Both the position numbers and the translations under genes were made by a program. Shown piece after piece: positions 6,884 through 9,255 of a DNA stretch of 9,255 bases (positions within the stretch are counted from its first letter, which is position 1; the number at the start of each line of letters is the position of its first letter). The stretch is from Bugula neritina (Eukaryota > Animalia > Bryozoa): NCBI GenBank assembly GCA_964035545.1, contig CAXIUT010000136.1, positions 1 through 9,255 of the forward strand, in the 5' to 3' direction. Under the pieces are notes generated by a model. The model searched no databases. It saw nothing but the letters and a program-made list of their open reading frames with translations, and was not told the origin of the DNA.

Positions 6884-7264
6884 TTAGCTACAGAGAAAAC
6901 CACCGCCCGGAATCGGTTTACCGTTAACGCTGAGTGCTTTTGGGTGATAACCGCGTGCGTGTTTTCCACCGACGGCCCGGCAGGTCTGCATGCCTTCTTG
7001 CTTTTTGTTGGCAGGAACCGGGCCGAACCACTGGCTATTGTCCCAGGCGACGGATTGTACCGGCTTACCTTTCCCCCATGTTACTTCCTGTCTTACCAGT
7101 TTTGGCGGGGTTTTGGCGTAGGTCTTGCCAACAGGTAGGTTGTGGGTTGTTGGGCCTTTGACAGCTTTGCCTGCGGTGGTGTCTACGTTGCTAATGTTGT
7201 TGGTACAGCCCTGGGTTAACAGGGTGATTATGGAGAGAGTTAAAAGGGTGTTTAGTGTTTTCAT
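6884..7264 (-). CDS. Hypothetical lipoprotein (126 aa) with one C-terminal two-Cys domain homologous to the C-terminus of the 784-aa protein
   Basis: Signal MKTLNTLLTLSIITLLTQG-C20 (lipobox-like TQGC). Strong SD. 27/53 ungapped identities (hand count) with the last 53 aa of ORF 164-2518. Confidence 0.88.
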   Translation of the reverse strand: MKTLNTLLTLSIITLLTQGCTNNISNVDTTAGKAVKGPTTHNLPVGKTYAKTPPKLVRQEVTWGKGKPVQSVAWDNSQWFGPVPANKKQEGMQTCRAVGGKHARGYHPKALSVNGKPIPGGGFLCS

Positions 7265-7271
7265 ATTGATA

Positions 7272-7277
7272 CTCCTT
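7272..7277 (-). promoter_or_regulatory. Shine-Dalgarno AAGGAG of the lipoprotein gene
   Basis: Minus strand taaggagtatcaatATG; 7-nt spacer. Confidence 0.75.
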
Positions 7278-7425
7278 AGTTGGGGTGGGAGGCCATTTTT
7301 GTTAGTCGGACAGCGAACTGTATTTGTTCAGTATAGTTGGGTTTTGTTGTTTACTTTTTTGTCTGAACCTGGATTACGCTGATTGTAGTGATTAACTGTG
7401 ATTTTAGAAGCGAAAAGAGGGGGGC

Positions 7426-7899
7426 TTAATCTAAGGTGCTGGGGAAGTTTGGATACAGGGTGGATTTTTCCAGTTGGCCGGTTTTGTCATGGAAGCTGAG
7501 TTGGCCGTTTTGATCGCAGAGCCAGAATTCCTGTGCGCCTTTGTTGAAGTAGAGTTGTTTTTTGTGTTGCATTTCAGCCTGTGTGTTGCTGGGGGAAAGT
7601 ACTTCGATACATAGTAGAGGGGCGAAGGCGGCGGCGACATTATTTTGGATTTTGGCAGTTTGTTCTGAGGTTAGTACGCCGACATCAACAACTTTAGTGC
7701 CATCGGGGGTTTCAACCGGGAATTCGGGTACTACCAGACAATCGCTTGCCTGTTGGTTTAATAGTGCAATAATTTTTCCCTGGAAAATGACATGCATTAC
7801 ACTGGCCGGACTCATGATGATTTGTCCCTGTTGATTCAGTTCGATTTTGTAAGGGAGGTTTTGCAGTGTTGGGTCTGCACAGAGTTCCTGCCAGTTCAT
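7426..7899 (-). CDS. Uma2 family (DUF820) putative restriction-like endonuclease, 157 aa; probable start ATG at 7899 rather than 7971
   Basis: KIELNQQGQIIMSPA..H, KVVDV, PLLCIEVLSPSN, K..LYF..GAQEFWLCD are typical Uma2 motifs. ATG at 7899 lies 4 nt after the upstream stop, with GGA upstream. The 7971 start would overlap the upstream gene by 68 nt. Confidence 0.88.
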   Translation of the reverse strand: MNWQELCADPTLQNLPYKIELNQQGQIIMSPASVMHVIFQGKIIALLNQQASDCLVVPEFPVETPDGTKVVDVGVLTSEQTAKIQNNVAAAFAPLLCIEVLSPSNTQAEMQHKKQLYFNKGAQEFWLCDQNGQLSFHDKTGQLEKSTLYPNFPSTLD

Positions 7900-7903
7900 G
7901 GTT

Positions 7904-8491
7904 TTATCCGTGGTGTATGTCGAGTCCAACCTCTTTTCTAACCCGGCGGTAGATATGTAGCACAGGGACATTCAATTCGACGGATTCCAGTGCGAAGGTG
8001 TCATCAGCATAATAGGCTTCCTGTTGCCAGGAGGTGCGTCGTCTAAACAGTCGTACCAACGGCACATCCTGTGAAACCACGGCGTATTCCATGAGTGTTG
8101 GGATGCTGGTGTAATTTTCGAATTTCTCACGCAGATCGGTGCGTTGTGTGCTGTCCGAGAGTATTTCAACGATCAGTAGCGGTTTGGTGCAGCTGTATTG
8201 ATCATCATTGGAGAAATCACAGGCAGCCATAATGTCGGGGTAATAAGCGTAATCGTTACCCTTGTTTTGTAGAGTAACTTTCATATCCGATTGCCAGACG
8301 CGGCAGTGTTCATTGAGGTGATTTTCGATAAAAGCAGCAAAGCTCATCGCGATGGTGTTATGGGTAAGGCTGGCACCTGCCATTGCATAGATTTCGCCTG
8401 CTACGTATTCGCTGCGTGTTTCTACCTCACGTTCGCCGGTTAGGTAATCTTCGAAAGAAACAAAGTTGTGTTGTTCTAATGCTTGCGCCAT
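7904..8491 (-). CDS. Uma2 family (DUF820) putative restriction-like endonuclease, 195 aa
   Basis: SFEDYL..E, EYVAGEIYAMAGAS..HN.I, SDMKV, YYPDIM, PLLIVEILSDST...D..EKF..Y..IPTLMEY.VVSQD. SD GGAG at 8501-8504. Confidence 0.93.
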   Translation of the reverse strand: MAQALEQHNFVSFEDYLTGEREVETRSEYVAGEIYAMAGASLTHNTIAMSFAAFIENHLNEHCRVWQSDMKVTLQNKGNDYAYYPDIMAACDFSNDDQYSCTKPLLIVEILSDSTQRTDLREKFENYTSIPTLMEYAVVSQDVPLVRLFRRRTSWQQEAYYADDTFALESVELNVPVLHIYRRVRKEVGLDIHHG

Positions 8492-8558
8492 CTATTTAGT
8501 CTCCGAGTAGAAACTCATAAAGATCGTTCATGGTTTTAAGTATACATGAAATCACCTA

Positions 8559-9255
8559 CTACATACCCCAAACCCCCAATTCACGCCCTTGCTGGTTTTC
8601 GGTACGTTGCCAGATTTTATCATCCCACGCTACATCCGGGCGGCGGTCAAAGATAATAAGGTGCGCCTCGTCCGCACCGCATTGGTCGGCATAGCCAGCG
8701 GTTTGCTCCAGTCCTTCGTTCAGGGTGGTTTCCAGTGATTTATAGAGGATTTTTAATTCCAGCACAATACGTTGCACTTCGCCGTAATAGCCTTGTTCCT
8801 CATCCACCGGCCATTCAATCAGCAGGTCGGTACGTTTTCTACCGAGTCCGTATTCACGGTTAATACGTCCGCCGCCGTTAATAATGCGTTGTAGAAAGGC
8901 TTGCAAGAGGAGTTGTGGCCCGGCTTCTTTATAGTCGAAGCGTTCGATCCAGGCGTCGGCATTTTCGCGGAAAAACTGTTGAAATGCGGCCAGCAGCCTG
9001 GGCATGTCAATGTGTCGATTCGGGGTGAGGTACCAGCTCTGTGGTTGGTACAGGCCGTCCTGAATAGGCGCAGTGATTTCACGTGGCAGGATTTCGCGAT
9101 AAATCCGGTTAGCAATCGTGAGGCTTGGTTTGCGGCGGATGAGTCCGAGGTCTCTGCTGTATTGAAGATCGTTTTCGCGCAGGTCGCCAATTTCTGCGGG
9201 GCTGCTGAGGAGGTGGCTAACAATAGCGTGTACCCTGGGTTCGCGTAATTTATCG
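8559..9255 (-). CDS. C-terminal part of a probable AAA-ATPase fused to a PD-(D/E)XK nuclease-like domain; 5' end lies outside the window
   Basis: The frame of the 148-aa ORF is open to the edge (from 9254: DKLREPRVHAIVSHLL...DLQYSRDLGLIRRKPSLTIANRIYREILPREI...HIDMPRLL). Nuclease-like motifs INREYGLGRKRTDLLI...IVLELKI...GLEQTAGYAD. The ATPase part is inferred from family resemblance and is not visible here. Confidence 0.8.
   Translation of the reverse strand, partial: DKLREPRVHAIVSHLLSSPAEIGDLRENDLQYSRDLGLIRRKPSLTIANRIYREILPREITAPIQDGLYQPQSWYLTPNRHIDMPRLLAAFQQFFRENADAWIERFDYKEAGPQLLLQAFLQRIINGGGRINREYGLGRKRTDLLIEWPVDEEQGYYGEVQRIVLELKILYKSLETTLNEGLEQTAGYADQCGADEAHLIIFDRRPDVAWDDKIWQRTENQQGRELGVWGM

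Noticed and set aside
7317-7332. ACTG-N8-CAGT dyad resembling a LexA box upstream of the lipoprotein
   Set aside because: The gammaproteobacterial SOS box is CTG-N10-CAG; the spacer here is 8 nt and the arms are short.
2917-7382. Short plus-strand ORFs (2917-3207, 3532-3831, 4140-4346, 4356-4574, 6264-6452, 6456-6653, 6818-7138, 6934-7161, 7125-7382) and 6787-6969(-)
   Set aside because: They overlap well-supported minus-strand genes and have no recognisable motifs.
7900-7971. N-terminal extension MSLCYISTAG... of the second Uma2 ORF
   Set aside because: It overlaps the upstream Uma2 gene; ATG at 7899 gives a family-like start right after the upstream stop.
7330-8544. TATACT -10-like hexamers on the minus strand at 7330-7335 and 8539-8544
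   Set aside because: No convincing -35 or extended -10 element at the right spacing, so they were not called as promoters.
8819-9248. ORFs 8819-9223(-) and 8901-9248(+), and a start at 9005 or a frameshift in the last gene
   Set aside because: The 8559 frame is open through 9254 with protein-like sequence, so the gene is simply cut by the window edge; the other ORFs are shadows.

Overview
All supportable genes are on the minus strand. In transcription order (right to left): the 3' part of a probable AAA-ATPase/PD-(D/E)XK nuclease gene running off the right edge; two tandem, divergent Uma2 (DUF820) endonuclease-family genes; a 126-aa lipoprotein; a short OPX/Wza (GumB-like) polysaccharide export lipoprotein; an unusually long Wzc/GumC-type co-polymerase/BY-kinase; an intergenic cluster of palindromes; a 784-aa protein (catalytically dead Hanks-type kinase fold, TM helix, RIAEQQR repeat stalk, two copies of a small two-Cys domain); and the start of an overlapping membrane-anchored ORF missing from the ORF track. 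Main observations: (1) the same unrecognised ~53-aa domain (W-x-N-x3-FG-x-VP...C...GYHP-x-A...GGGFLC) occurs once in the lipoprotein upstream of wza and twice at the tip of the pseudokinase protein downstream of wzc, bracketing the export genes; (2) the Wzc periplasmic hairpin is expanded symmetrically, six repeats on each side of the turn. Together these suggest a possibly undescribed trans-envelope accessory or sensing module attached to a Wzx/Wzy-type polysaccharide export system. No database searches were run; family calls rest on motif recognition.
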